Source: a virus
Taxonomy: Duplodnaviria; Caudoviricetes
Length of the DNA: 49,559 nt
IMG/VR virus record: IMGVR_UViG_3300022719_000309
Span: 1-49,559 of that record
Strand: one strand, 5' to 3'
The first letter of the stretch is position 1. Every line of letters starts with the position of its first letter. The position numbers and the translations under genes are program-made. This document shows positions 28,106 to 36,833 of the stretch, in pieces. The notes below the pieces were generated by a model, which saw only the letters and a program-made list of their open reading frames with translations, had not been told where the DNA came from and did not search any database.

Positions 28106-28683
28106 GCGTGAGCAACTACCGCAAGCTGGTCGTGGCGGCCCTGACAGCCGTCGCCATCGTCCTCGAGCACTTCGGCGTGCTGCCCGGAGGGGAGACCGTC
28201 GACTCGTTCGTCTCGCTCTTCGCGGGGCCCATCGGCGCGTTCTTCGTCTGGTTCCTCCCCAACACCCCGAAGAACGGCACGGGGCGCCCGGTCGCCGCGG
28301 TCGGGCTCGTCGCCCTGGTCTTCCTCGTCGGGTGCGCGAACACGAGCCTGCGCACCGACGTGGCCCGCGCCGAGTCGGCGTGGACGGCCACCCTGGAGAG
28401 CTACGAGACGTTCCTCGAGCGCGACGACCTCCTGGTCGAGACCTGCTACCGCCGCACGGGGCTCACGGGCGACGCGGCCCGCGAGGCGTGCCCGCCGCTC
28501 CTGTCGAACGAGGAGCGCGCCATCGCGCAGCAGGTCTACCACCGGGCGCTCGGCGAGTTCGAGGCGCTCGACGACATCGACATGGACAACGCAGGGGCCG
28601 CGGAGCTCGTGGGGCACGCGCTCGGGCGCATCGACACCTACGTGCTGCGGCTGCTCCTGCTCACCTCGGAGGGAAGCCCGTGA
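28102..28683 (+). CDS. Membrane protein: holin-like N-terminus plus internal lipobox
   Basis: YRK..VAAL...two TM segments...PN, then a third hydrophobic stretch ending LVGC. Confidence 0.6.
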   Translation: MSVSNYRKLVVAALTAVAIVLEHFGVLPGGETVDSFVSLFAGPIGAFFVWFLPNTPKNGTGRPVAAVGLVALVFLVGCANTSLRTDVARAESAWTATLESYETFLERDDLLVETCYRRTGLTGDAAREACPPLLSNEERAIAQQVYHRALGEFEALDDIDMDNAGAAELVGHALGRIDTYVLRLLLLTSEGSP

Positions 28684-28871
28684 CGCCTGCCCAGATCGCT
28701 CTCATCACCGCCGGGATCAAGGGGCTCTTCGACCTCGGCATGAAGCTGGCCGAGATGCTCGAGGGCGAGGAGATCCCGCCCGAGGAGCGCGCGGAGATCC
28801 GCGCGCGCCACCGGGCCGCCGTGGAGCGGCTCGACGAGCTCGCCCGCGTGCCGGAGCCGCCGGCCGGCTAG
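28680..28871 (+). CDS. Small hypothetical protein (lysis region)
   Basis: GTGA overlap. Amphipathic N-terminus. Confidence 0.55.
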   Translation: MTPAQIALITAGIKGLFDLGMKLAEMLEGEEIPPEERAEIRARHRAAVERLDELARVPEPPAG

Positions 28872-29926
28872 AGGTTCGTCTCCCCGCAGATCGTGCAGGT
28901 CCCGACGCCGGGGTCGTCGTCCTTCGTGGGGTCGGCCTCGTACATCACGGCGGAGCTCCCGTCGCCGTTCTGGTGGGCGCAGGGCCGGTCCGGCTCCGGC
29001 CCCCCGCCGTCGAGAAGGCTCGCCTGCGCCGGCGAGCCCGCCACGACGCGCTCTTGGGCGGCCGCAGGAGCCGCCTCGGGCTCCGGGGCGGGCTCCGGCT
29101 CGGGGCTGGGCTCCGGCTCGACCACCTGCGCCTCCTCGGGCTCCTGGGGGGGCTCCTGGGGGGGCGCCTCGTCCTCGAAGAGGGACAGGAGGGGGTCGTG
29201 GGCGGGCTTGGGCGCGGCGGCCTCCTCGCGGGCCTTCTCGTCGGCCGGCTCGACCACGCGGGCCTGCGCGGCGCGCTGGTCCTCGGTGATGAAGTCGCGC
29301 GCCACCTCCTCGAGCGGGAGCCCGAGCAGCACGTCCGAGAAGACGGAGTCGAGCGCCTGCCCGAGCGCGCGCCAGTACATCATGCGCTTCGGGTCGGTGC
29401 ACCACGGCGTCGGCCGCCCGCTCTTGCTGGTCTTGCCCCACAGACGCGCGAGCTTCGCGTCGGCCACGCTGTACTGGAAGCGCTGGGGCTCCCGGTCGCC
29501 CACGCGCTTCACCGTGACCTCGCACTCGAAGTCGTCGGGGTACTGGTCGAGCCCCTTCTTGCTGGCGTCGAGTTCGCCGTAGTAGCGCGTCTGCGGCGTG
29601 CTCTCGAGCAGCCCGGAGGCGCGAACGATGGCGAGCGCGCCCTTGCCCATCCACGACGGCCGTCCCTCGATCACGGCCATGTTGCGGACCGCCATCATCG
29701 GCGACACCCCCACCTCGAGCCCCGTCTGGATGGCGACCGCGACCTGTTCCACCTCCATGTTGCCCGGCGCGAATCCGCTCTTGGCGATCACGGCGGCCAT
29801 GTCCATGAGCTGCGAGAAGTTCTCGATCTGAACGCCGCGCTCGCCGATCGTGAGCGCCTTCTTCTTCTCCTCCCACTCGGCACGCCGCGGGTCCGTCACC
29901 GCCGTCGTCTGGTCCTCACCAGCCAT
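28868..29926 (-). CDS. RecT/Bet-like ssDNA annealing protein
   Basis: AIQTGLEVGVSPM...IEGRP, AKLARLWGK..PW..PKRM..RAL and FSDVLLGL motifs. Acidic Pro-rich tail. Adjacent to an exonuclease. Confidence 0.82.
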   Translation of the reverse strand: MAGEDQTTAVTDPRRAEWEEKKKALTIGERGVQIENFSQLMDMAAVIAKSGFAPGNMEVEQVAVAIQTGLEVGVSPMMAVRNMAVIEGRPSWMGKGALAIVRASGLLESTPQTRYYGELDASKKGLDQYPDDFECEVTVKRVGDREPQRFQYSVADAKLARLWGKTSKSGRPTPWCTDPKRMMYWRALGQALDSVFSDVLLGLPLEEVARDFITEDQRAAQARVVEPADEKAREEAAAPKPAHDPLLSLFEDEAPPQEPPQEPEEAQVVEPEPSPEPEPAPEPEAAPAAAQERVVAGSPAQASLLDGGGPEPDRPCAHQNGDGSSAVMYEADPTKDDDPGVGTCTICGETNL

Positions 29927-30794
29927 CTTGCATCCCCTCCACCTGCGCCGCCCACTCAGGGAGCAGCGGCCGGCCGATCTCGACCGGGTAGTTGGGCCAC
30001 CGGCCCGTTGCCTCGCACTCCGCCCACGCGCGCAGCCACTCCCGCACCTTGTGCGCGCCGACCTCTGCGTCGGTCGGGCTGAGCTCGTGAACCATGATCC
30101 CGTAGGGCGGCTTCTTCTCCACCGCCAAGAAGTAGAACGACCGCGGCGTGGCCGACGGGTAGAGCGCCTGGAGCCCCGCCAGGTAGTGCGCGCCCTGCGC
30201 GTGATACCAGTAGCGCGGGATGTGCCGTTGCCAGTAGCGCACGGAGGCGTCGAGGCACGTCTTCACGTCGAAAATGCAGGCGGCGCCCTGGAAGCGGGAG
30301 ATGCCGTCGACCCGCAGCTTGCACCGCACGCCGGTGTCGGGACAGTCCCAGACGGCCGAGACCTCGACCATGTCGTGAACGACCGCGTGCTCCACGAGCT
30401 CGCGCGCGTAGGGGTGGCGCATGACGGCGTCGCGGATCTGCTGGAGGTGAGCCCACTCGGACGGGCGCAGCGGCGTCTTGTTCGGGTTCTCCTCCTCCGC
30501 CGCCTTCCACGCCTTCTGCTCCGCCGCGTACCTCTTCTGCTCGGTGGGCGCGGGGAAGTAGTGGGCCTCGAGCCGCTCGGGCTCGAGCACGATCGCGTGG
30601 GCCGCGTCGCCCAGGTTGAGCGCCGGCGAGGGCTCCCGCGGCTCCTGGTAGGTGTGGTAGGCGTGGGCGGGCGAGCGATCCATCTCCTTCAAGCTCGAGA
30701 AGTTCGCCGCGTTCAGCGAGTGGTAGAGCTCCCCGGGGAGCCTGTGGCGGGTGTAGAGCCCCACCTGCGGCGGCTTGGCGTCCGATTTCCTCAT
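29916..30794 (-). CDS. RecE/exonuclease VIII-like PD-(D/E)XK nuclease
   Basis: YH...SSLK..SPAH, LGDAAH..VLEP, CKLRVD, DVKT, YHAQGAHY and AVEKKPPY motifs. Confidence 0.88.
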   Translation of the reverse strand: MRKSDAKPPQVGLYTRHRLPGELYHSLNAANFSSLKEMDRSPAHAYHTYQEPREPSPALNLGDAAHAIVLEPERLEAHYFPAPTEQKRYAAEQKAWKAAEEENPNKTPLRPSEWAHLQQIRDAVMRHPYARELVEHAVVHDMVEVSAVWDCPDTGVRCKLRVDGISRFQGAACIFDVKTCLDASVRYWQRHIPRYWYHAQGAHYLAGLQALYPSATPRSFYFLAVEKKPPYGIMVHELSPTDAEVGAHKVREWLRAWAECEATGRWPNYPVEIGRPLLPEWAAQVEGMQDGW

Positions 30795-30884
30795 CCGGTA
30801 GACTCCTGTGGTATGGAACCCGCCTTCGGGCGGGATGGGATGGCCCCTCTCGGAGGGCTCATAACCCGACCGGGAGGGGCCGAC

Positions 30885-30898
30885 CTCTCTCCGTAGAG
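30885..30898. promoter_or_regulatory. Palindromic operator copy 1 (CTCTCTCCGTAGAG)
   Basis: 12/14 match to CTCTACCCGTAGAG, between divergent genes. Confidence 0.55.
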
Positions 30899-30916
30899 CA
30901 GGAGCCTACCACCTCG

Positions 30917-31219
30917 ATGACGCCCACGGAAGCCCGCGAGAAACGGGGCTGGACTTTCCACCGCGCTGCCCAGCACATGCGGGGCGTCTCGGAGCAGCAG
31001 CTCCGGAACATCGAGGGGATCGGCGCCGCCCGTCCCACCGACCCACTCGACTGCAAGCTGCGCACGATCCTCGAGATCCTGCGGGTCTACTGGCCCGACG
31101 TGCAGCTCAACGACTTGGTGGGCGAGGACACGCTGTTCCGCGTGACGGCGTCGGACACCGCGGCGCGCGGCAAGCTGCGCGTCTACGCGGCCAGCAACTT
31201 CGCCGAGGCCGCGGCGTGA
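30917..31219 (+). CDS. XRE/Cro-like HTH regulator
   Basis: AREKRGWTFHRAAQHM.GVSEQQLRNIE pattern. Divergent from the recombination genes. Confidence 0.7.
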   Translation: MTPTEAREKRGWTFHRAAQHMRGVSEQQLRNIEGIGAARPTDPLDCKLRTILEILRVYWPDVQLNDLVGEDTLFRVTASDTAARGKLRVYAASNFAEAAA

Positions 31220-31404
31220 GCAAGCCGAAGCGTCGCATCCTCAACGCGCTGCGCGAGGACCGGCGCCGCGGCGAGGATTTGCTGCGCCGGAAGTACGCCA
31301 GGATGCCGGAGCTGGTAGGTGGCCTGCTCCGCAAGCACTCACCCGTCAAGCCGAGGGGGGACGGCAACGGATGGGCAGGACGCGATCAAAGCCGAAGGTC
31401 GTAG
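31216..31404 (+). CDS. Small basic hypothetical protein
   Basis: GTGA overlap. Confidence 0.4.
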   Translation: MSKPKRRILNALREDRRRGEDLLRRKYARMPELVGGLLRKHSPVKPRGDGNGWAGRDQSRRS

Positions 31405-31754
31405 AGCTACCGATCCCGGAGGCGCAGCGGAAGCGGGCGATGCCCGACCGCTGGAACGACAACGAGCTCCGGGAGCTACTCACCCGCGCGGGCCGCGAGG
31501 GCTTCACGCTCGAGCAGGTACGCTACGCCGACTCGCAGGTCCGGATCTGGTGGGAGACGAACCGACAGAAGCGCGACCGCTGGCATCTGGTGGTGCTCAA
31601 CGCGCTGCGGAAGGGCAAGCGCTGGGGTCTCGAGGGGTTCGAGGAGCACTGCCAGCGCAAGGGCATCCGCGCGCAGACGCCCATCACCGCCCAGCGGGTC
31701 GAAGCGATCATCCGGCGCAGGCGCGAGCGCCTCGCCCAACACGAGGGAGAGTGA
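31371..31754 (+). CDS. Hypothetical protein (possibly DNA-binding or replication related)
   Basis: Protein-like composition. Position after the Cro-like gene. Confidence 0.55.
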   Translation: MGRTRSKPKVVELPIPEAQRKRAMPDRWNDNELRELLTRAGREGFTLEQVRYADSQVRIWWETNRQKRDRWHLVVLNALRKGKRWGLEGFEEHCQRKGIRAQTPITAQRVEAIIRRRRERLAQHEGE

Positions 31755-32140
31755 CGATGGAATCCGACGTCTTCGAGGAGCCGCTCGAGTGCCAGCTCTC
31801 GGCCGCGGAGGTTCTCCAGCGCGGCCGTGCCGCCGCGCGGGTCGCCCACGCGATCGACCAGCTCGAGGCGGAGCACGCCCGCGTGAAGAAGGCCCACAAG
31901 GTCGAGGTGGGCGGCAAGCAGGCCGAGCTCGCGGAGCTCCAGCGCGAGGTCCGCACGGGCAAGACCACGCGGCCGGTCCGCTGCGTCGAGCAGGCCGACT
32001 ACGAGGACGGCATGATGAACGTGGTCCGGATCGACACGGGCGAGGCCGTGCGCTCGCGGCCGCTCTCCGAGAAGGAGCGACAGGTCGACTTCCTGTCCCG
32101 CGGCCACGTCGCCCAGCCGGAGCCCGAGAGCGCGGAGTAG
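31751..32140 (+). CDS. Conserved phage hypothetical protein
   Basis: Coiled coil followed by VRIDTGE.V..RPL...ERQ. Confidence 0.7.
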   Translation: MTMESDVFEEPLECQLSAAEVLQRGRAAARVAHAIDQLEAEHARVKKAHKVEVGGKQAELAELQREVRTGKTTRPVRCVEQADYEDGMMNVVRIDTGEAVRSRPLSEKERQVDFLSRGHVAQPEPESAE

Positions 32141-32146
32141 CCCCGG

Positions 32147-32425
32147 GTGGACGCGCGCCGGCAGTTCGTCGCTAGCGTCGCGCACGTGCTTGCGCGCGGC
32201 CTCCTCCCGCAGATGGCGGAGTTCGAGGAGGCCGCGCGCAAGCACGGCGTCGCGAGTGTGCCCATGACGCTCCACCTCGCGCGCAAGGAGCCGCCGCCCC
32301 AGCAGGCAGACCAGGGGCCGCGCTTCGACGTCTACGTGTCGGTGTCCGCGCCCAAGACCCCGCGCCCCAAGCCCCGGCGCTTCAACCTCTCGCTCACCGA
32401 GGAGCAGATGGAGCTCTTCGGGTGA
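32147..32425 (+). CDS. Hypothetical protein
   Basis: Coupled by GTGA to the next gene. Confidence 0.5.
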   Translation: MDARRQFVASVAHVLARGLLPQMAEFEEAARKHGVASVPMTLHLARKEPPPQQADQGPRFDVYVSVSAPKTPRPKPRRFNLSLTEEQMELFG

Positions 32426-33249
32426 CGGACCTTCGCGTTCGCTCCCTCGGTGCCGGCGTCCAAAGCACGACTCTCTACTTGCTCGCGGACCGCGGCGAGT
32501 TCCCCAACAAGCCCGACGTGGCGATCTTTGCCGACACGCAAAGGGAACCGCCGTGGGTCTACGAGAATCTGGAGCGACTTGAGCAGCAGGGCACCATACC
32601 GATCGACCGCGTATCGGCGGGGGATCTTGGTGAGGCCGTCGAGACGGGGGCGAACAGCACGGGCGGACGATTCGCTTCCGTGCCGTTCTGGGTCGCCGGA
32701 GAAGACGGGCGCGAGGCGCCGGGGCGCCGCCAGTGTACGCGGGAGTACAAGATCGACGTGGTGAAGCGGCGCATTCGAGAGCTATTGGGGCTCGCGAAGG
32801 GTGAGCGCGCGAAGGGGCGTTTCCACGTCGAGGAGTGGGTTGGCATCTCCGCGGACGAGGCCCACCGAGCCAAGCCCAGCCGGTACGAATGGATCACGAC
32901 GCGGTGGCCGTTGCTGGAGCGCTTCATGCGCCGCGAGGACTGCAAGGCGTACCTGCGCGGCGTCGGCTACCCGGTCCCCGGGAAGAGCGCGTGTGTATTC
33001 TGCCCCTACCGGAAGACCATCGATTATGCGCGGTGGCGGGAACATCACCCTGCGCTCTTCGAGGAGGCGTGCCGAGTGGACGACTTGATCCGCTCCAGCG
33101 GGACGATGCGCGGAATGCCGCGCCCGCAGTACGTGTCGCGCTTGCTCGTGCCGCTGCGGGATATCCCCTCGGTGGCCGAGCTGGAGCAGCGCGACGACGC
33201 GCAGCTCGACCTCTTCGGGAACGAGTGCGAAGGGATGTGCGGGGTCTAA
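32422..33249 (+). CDS. PAPS-reductase / PP-loop family protein
   Basis: SLGAGVQST PP-loop, FADT, RQCTREYKI, GISADE, KSACVFCPY and C-terminal ECEGMCGV. Confidence 0.85.
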   Translation: MTDLRVRSLGAGVQSTTLYLLADRGEFPNKPDVAIFADTQREPPWVYENLERLEQQGTIPIDRVSAGDLGEAVETGANSTGGRFASVPFWVAGEDGREAPGRRQCTREYKIDVVKRRIRELLGLAKGERAKGRFHVEEWVGISADEAHRAKPSRYEWITTRWPLLERFMRREDCKAYLRGVGYPVPGKSACVFCPYRKTIDYARWREHHPALFEEACRVDDLIRSSGTMRGMPRPQYVSRLLVPLRDIPSVAELEQRDDAQLDLFGNECEGMCGV

Positions 33250-33250
33250 G

Positions 33251-33763
33251 TTGGCCCTCCGCTTCTACTGGCCCGCCGGCATCGCCGACCGCGCCCGCGA
33301 GACCGCGCCCGACGACCTGGGCGCCCTCGACCTTCTCGGTTTCTGGGCCACGGCGCGCCTGCTCGGCCGTGAGGCCCTGATCGGCCGCCTACCCGGCCGG
33401 CAGGGCCTCGTCTTCAAGATGATGCGCGGGGCGACGCTCGAGGCCGTCTGCCGGCTCGCCTCGCGGCGCGCCGAGTACCCCGCGAAGCGCGCGACGGCGC
33501 AGATCCTATGGCTCTACGTGGCCGAGGAGCGCCGCGTCAAGGCGCCGCTGACGGAGTTCGGGGGGTGGCGCACTACCCAAGGCCGGCACCACTCGCTCCG
33601 GTCGCTCCTGCGCTGGCTCGAGGAGCAGGGCGAGCGCATCGAAGTCGTCCTGTGCCAGCGCTGCCTCCAGCCGATGCTCCGACCGTGGAGCCTCCCGCGC
33701 GACCAAGCGCTCCAGTACCACCAGCGCGGGCGGTGCCACAGCGCCCGAAGCACCCCGACTTGA
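33251..33763 (+). CDS. Hypothetical protein
   Basis: ORF directly downstream. CxxC near the C-terminus. Confidence 0.5.
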   Translation: MALRFYWPAGIADRARETAPDDLGALDLLGFWATARLLGREALIGRLPGRQGLVFKMMRGATLEAVCRLASRRAEYPAKRATAQILWLYVAEERRVKAPLTEFGGWRTTQGRHHSLRSLLRWLEEQGERIEVVLCQRCLQPMLRPWSLPRDQALQYHQRGRCHSARSTPT

Positions 33764-33789
33764 TGTCATCGGGTTCTCCTCTCGGAAAG

Positions 33790-33963
33790 TCAGTCGGCAT
33801 TGGGTTTCCCCTCCAAGGCGTCGCGGATCGCACGGACGAGACTCACCGCGATTCCGTCCGGAAGCTGCTCAACGGCTTCGTAGATGCGATTGAAATGCTC
33901 CGGCTTGAGACTCACGAAACTGAGGTGAGCCATGATCATGTCGGCGCGCTTGTTGCCTTCCAT
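33790..33963 (-). CDS. Small hypothetical protein (57 aa, MEGNKRAD...)
   Basis: GGAGGAGGAG RBS. Not in the ORF track because it is short. Confidence 0.55.
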   Translation of the reverse strand: MEGNKRADMIMAHLSFVSLKPEHFNRIYEAVEQLPDGIAVSLVRAIRDALEGKPNAD

Positions 33964-34291
33964 CTACTCCTCCTCCAGCAGCGTAGGGTCGAAGTGACGC
34001 AGGTAGTAGCGCAGGCTGACGAGCCTGGAGCTTCCGCAGTCTGCGTCGGGGACGTGCGCGGTTTCGGCTACCAACTCCGCCGCCGCCCGCAGCACCGACT
34101 CCGCCGCTGCGAGGCGGGCGGCGAGTTCGCGGATCAACGGCTGGTGGCAGTCGCAGCCGATGCTTGTCTCGTCGAGACACCCTTCTTCCTCACCGCCTTC
34201 GATAGCTCGACCAGCGTGGGCACCAGCATCTCGAGCCGCTCGCGGATGGCACCGGCGAGGCGCTCGTCGTCGTCTGTCCTCTGCTCGTCGC

Positions 34292-34783
34292 TCACTGGCG
34301 CCTCCCGTGGTTACATGTGTTCGGGTCGTCGTGGATCTTGCGGTCCGTGCCGTGGCAGTAGCCGCAGCTCGGACCGTGGTCGGGCCGGCTCGTCTCGGGG
34401 CACGGCTCGAGCATGGCGGCCTCAAAGTGGTTCGAGACGTCGAGGGCCATGGAGTACGCGACCGCGCCCGCGACGGCCAGCCGGTACGCCCGGAGCGCGA
34501 TGTCGCTCGCGTGGCGCGCGCGATCGGGAAACTCCCAGAGGTCCCCATGGCTCTGCGCGCGCTTCACCTCGCGCTCGAGGTCGCGGAGCTGGTCCGCGAC
34601 GATGTTCACGCAGGACAGATGCACGGCGCCCGGGGTCTGGAGCGTTCTGCTCGCGGCTTCGACGCAGTCCAGCGCGGGCCGGAGCAGCGCGGCTAGTCGC
34701 TCGCCCATGATTTCCCGGGCGTGCTGGCGGGAGAGGGGGTGCGGGAGCTGCGAGGGCTCGCGGGGGTCGCGGTCGTTGCTCAA
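34292..34783 (-). CDS. Hypothetical protein with C-terminal Cys cluster
   Basis: TTGA overlap with the upstream gene. CGYCHGT. Confidence 0.5.
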   Translation of the reverse strand: MSNDRDPREPSQLPHPLSRQHAREIMGERLAALLRPALDCVEAASRTLQTPGAVHLSCVNIVADQLRDLEREVKRAQSHGDLWEFPDRARHASDIALRAYRLAVAGAVAYSMALDVSNHFEAAMLEPCPETSRPDHGPSCGYCHGTDRKIHDDPNTCNHGRRQ

Positions 34784-35004
34784 CGGTCTTCCTCCAGGGT
34801 CTCGCGGACCCGTTCCAAGTCGGGCGCGACACGGCCCTGCGCCTCGAGCGCAGCGCGCAGGCTCTCCCATGCGCAGAGCTCGCCAATGCCGACCTTGCGG
34901 TGCTCGGTGAACCACGCCCGCACGGCGTCCGGCTCGCAGCGCTCGAGCGCGTCCAGGTCGCCAAGCCGCTCGAGAATCCTCGGGGCCTTCGGCAGTGCGT
35001 TCAC
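34780..35004 (-). CDS. Hypothetical protein
   Basis: GAGG RBS. Coupled to the next gene. Confidence 0.5.
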   Translation of the reverse strand: MNALPKAPRILERLGDLDALERCEPDAVRAWFTEHRKVGIGELCAWESLRAALEAQGRVAPDLERVRETLEEDR

Positions 35005-35139
35005 GGAGCCTCACGGTTCGAGGCCGAGCACCGACGTGCGTCACCTCCACGCGCCAGCGCTCGGCCTCTCCGGGTACCAACACCCGCAGACTTGCCCGGG
35101 ACCTTCCCGAGCAAGAAACCGCGAGAGCCGAAACCCTAC

Positions 35140-35153
35140 CTCAACCCGTAGAG
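35140..35153. promoter_or_regulatory. Palindromic operator copy 2 (CTCAACCCGTAGAG)
   Basis: 13/14 match. Upstream of radC, next to a TGcTAACGT extended -10-like element. Confidence 0.7.
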
Positions 35154-35199
35154 GCGTGCTAACGTGCCGCCATCCCATCCCACCAACCCGGAGGATTCC

Positions 35200-35643
35200 A
35201 TGCAGGAAGCCCACTATATCCGAGAGGTTGCGCTGGCCTACCAGGGCCCGCGCCGCCGTGTAGACGCCATCGCCACGCCGGCAGCGGTGTGGCGGTACTT
35301 CCTTCCGCAGATCAGGCACGCGACGCGCGAGACCTTCTACGGGCTCGCGCTCGACGGCCGGCACAGGCCGGTCGGGCACTACGCGGTCAGCACGGGGACG
35401 CTCACGCAGTCGCTCGTGCATCCGCGCGAGACGTTCGCGCCGGCCCTCCACCTCTGCGCCGCGGCCATCATCGTGGCGCATAATCACCCGAGCGGCGACG
35501 TGGAGCCCAGCGCGGAGGACCGCGCGGTGACGAAGCGATTGGCCGAGTGCGGGAAGGTGCTGGGCGTTCGGCTCATCGACTCGCTCGTACTCACGGACAC
35601 GGGCTGGTGTTCGCTCCGCGAGGAGGGGGTGCTCACCGACTGA
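35200..35643 (+). CDS. radC: RadC-family JAB/MPN domain protein
   Basis: RE.F, GTL..SLVHPRE.F and AAIIVAHNHPSGDVEPSAED motifs. GGAGG RBS. Confidence 0.93.
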   Translation: MQEAHYIREVALAYQGPRRRVDAIATPAAVWRYFLPQIRHATRETFYGLALDGRHRPVGHYAVSTGTLTQSLVHPRETFAPALHLCAAAIIVAHNHPSGDVEPSAEDRAVTKRLAECGKVLGVRLIDSLVLTDTGWCSLREEGVLTD

Positions 35644-35714
35644 GGGGGTTCGCCCGCTCGCGGCCCGCCCCGATCGGCGCCGGTTCCCCCTGTCGCCGAG
35701 GGCCGCGAGCGGGC

Positions 35715-35728
35715 CTCTACCCATGGAG
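35715..35728. promoter_or_regulatory. Palindromic operator copy 3 (CTCTACCCATGGAG)
   Basis: 12/14 match. Intergenic, followed by a TGcTACACT extended -10-like element. Confidence 0.65.
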
Positions 35729-35794
35729 GCGATGCGTGCTACACTCGCCCGCGTGGTCGCCAATCGGGGCGCGCCACAGAACAGGGGGAAGACG

Positions 35795-36154
35795 ATGATT
35801 CCTAGCTATCTGCGCCGCGTGATCCTGCGGCCCTACCTCCCCGGCCGCGGGCCGGCGTTCACGTTGACGCTGTGGGAAACGGGTGAGCGCGACCGCAACG
35901 GCAAGGAGCGGCTGCGCTACCGCCTCACGAAGAGCGGCGCGCCGGGGAAGCCCGCCTCCGAAGTGTTCGACGGCGACGACTTCTATGCCTCGCCGCTCCA
36001 CGCGCTCGACTCGGACGCGACCGTCCGCGCGGTGCTCGGGTTCTTGACGCTCAAGCCGGGCGACACGGATGCCGACGCGGCGCAAGCGGCGTTCGCGCGT
36101 GACCACGCGGAGGCGCTCGACTCGGAAGCGCGTCACCGCTTCGGGGAGGACTGA
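35795..36154 (+). CDS. Hypothetical early protein
   Basis: AGGGGG RBS. FLTLKPGDTD motif. Confidence 0.65.
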   Translation: MIPSYLRRVILRPYLPGRGPAFTLTLWETGERDRNGKERLRYRLTKSGAPGKPASEVFDGDDFYASPLHALDSDATVRAVLGFLTLKPGDTDADAAQAAFARDHAEALDSEARHRFGED

Positions 36155-36157
36155 TCC

Positions 36158-36292
36158 ATGGGCTTCGATGTAGACAAGTGGCGCGAGCAGGGGTGCTATC
36201 GGACCCGGGAGGGGCTCCGTGCCCACCTCGTGCTCTGCCCCGAGACGGGCGCGACGGTGCTCCTCGTGGAAGCGCCCGGGGAGGAGCGCTGA
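36158..36292 (+). CDS. Small hypothetical protein (44 aa)
   Basis: GGAGGA RBS. TGATG coupling to the next gene. Confidence 0.5.
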   Translation: MGFDVDKWREQGCYRTREGLRAHLVLCPETGATVLLVEAPGEER

Positions 36293-36486
36293 TGCTGGGC
36301 TACTTGCTCTCGCTCTATGCGCTCGCCGCCCTCGTGGCGCTCGTGGCCGCGCTCGTGCTGGCCGACCTGGCCGGCCGCGTGCGCGACCCGGAGCGCCGGC
36401 GCCGGCGTCGCCTCGGGCTCTCCGCGCAACGCGTCGCCAAGCGTGACCGCGCCGCGTGGGACCGCACCCGAAAGGGGGTGTCCTGA
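36292..36486 (+). CDS. Small single-pass membrane protein
   Basis: N-terminal hydrophobic helix and Arg-rich tail. Confidence 0.6.
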   Translation: MLGYLLSLYALAALVALVAALVLADLAGRVRDPERRRRRRLGLSAQRVAKRDRAAWDRTRKGVS

Positions 36487-36833
36487 TGCCGTTCTACTAC
36501 CTCGACCCGACCCGCGAGCCGCAGGATTGCCCCGCGTGTGAAGAGGGCGAAGTCTGCGAATTCGAGCCCCTGATCGGTGAACGGTGGAGCGTGTGCATCC
36601 TTTGCGGCGGCACAGGCCGTCTCGGCGTGGAGGGCGAGGAGCCGGACGTGGAGACCGTAGAGCTGCCGCCGATCCCGGAAGCGGGGATCGACGAGCCCCA
36701 GTGGTTCTACCGGTACCCGGGTGTCCGGGATGCGCTGTTCGGCCCCTACCCCACCGAAGCCGCCGCTCTCTCCGCCGCGCGCCGCGCCCACTGGACCAAC
36801 GCCCAGTCGTCAGCAAGGAGGAACCGACCATGA
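36486..36833 (+). CDS. Hypothetical protein with DnaJ-type zinc finger motifs
   Basis: CPACEEG and CILCGGTG. Confidence 0.6.
   Translation: MPFYYLDPTREPQDCPACEEGEVCEFEPLIGERWSVCILCGGTGRLGVEGEEPDVETVELPPIPEAGIDEPQWFYRYPGVRDALFGPYPTEAAALSAARRAHWTNAQSSARRNRP

Noticed and set aside
3730-28871. Genome-wide TAG reassignment (alternative genetic code)
   Set aside because: Conserved genes are full length with no internal TAG, and TAG falls at expected gene ends. At most partial read-through is plausible.
29070-29180. GGCTC(C/G)-type short repeats
   Set aside because: They encode the EPEP/PQEP low-complexity linker of the RecT-like protein.
30790-30803. Eighth operator copy (CTCATCCGGTAGAC) at the exonuclease start
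   Set aside because: Only 10/14 match, too weak to call by eye.
33964-34295. One or two further small minus-strand genes
   Set aside because: Probably coding (one frame ends ...DPTLLEEE-TAG at 33964), but I could not fix starts or frames confidently, so they are not listed as features.
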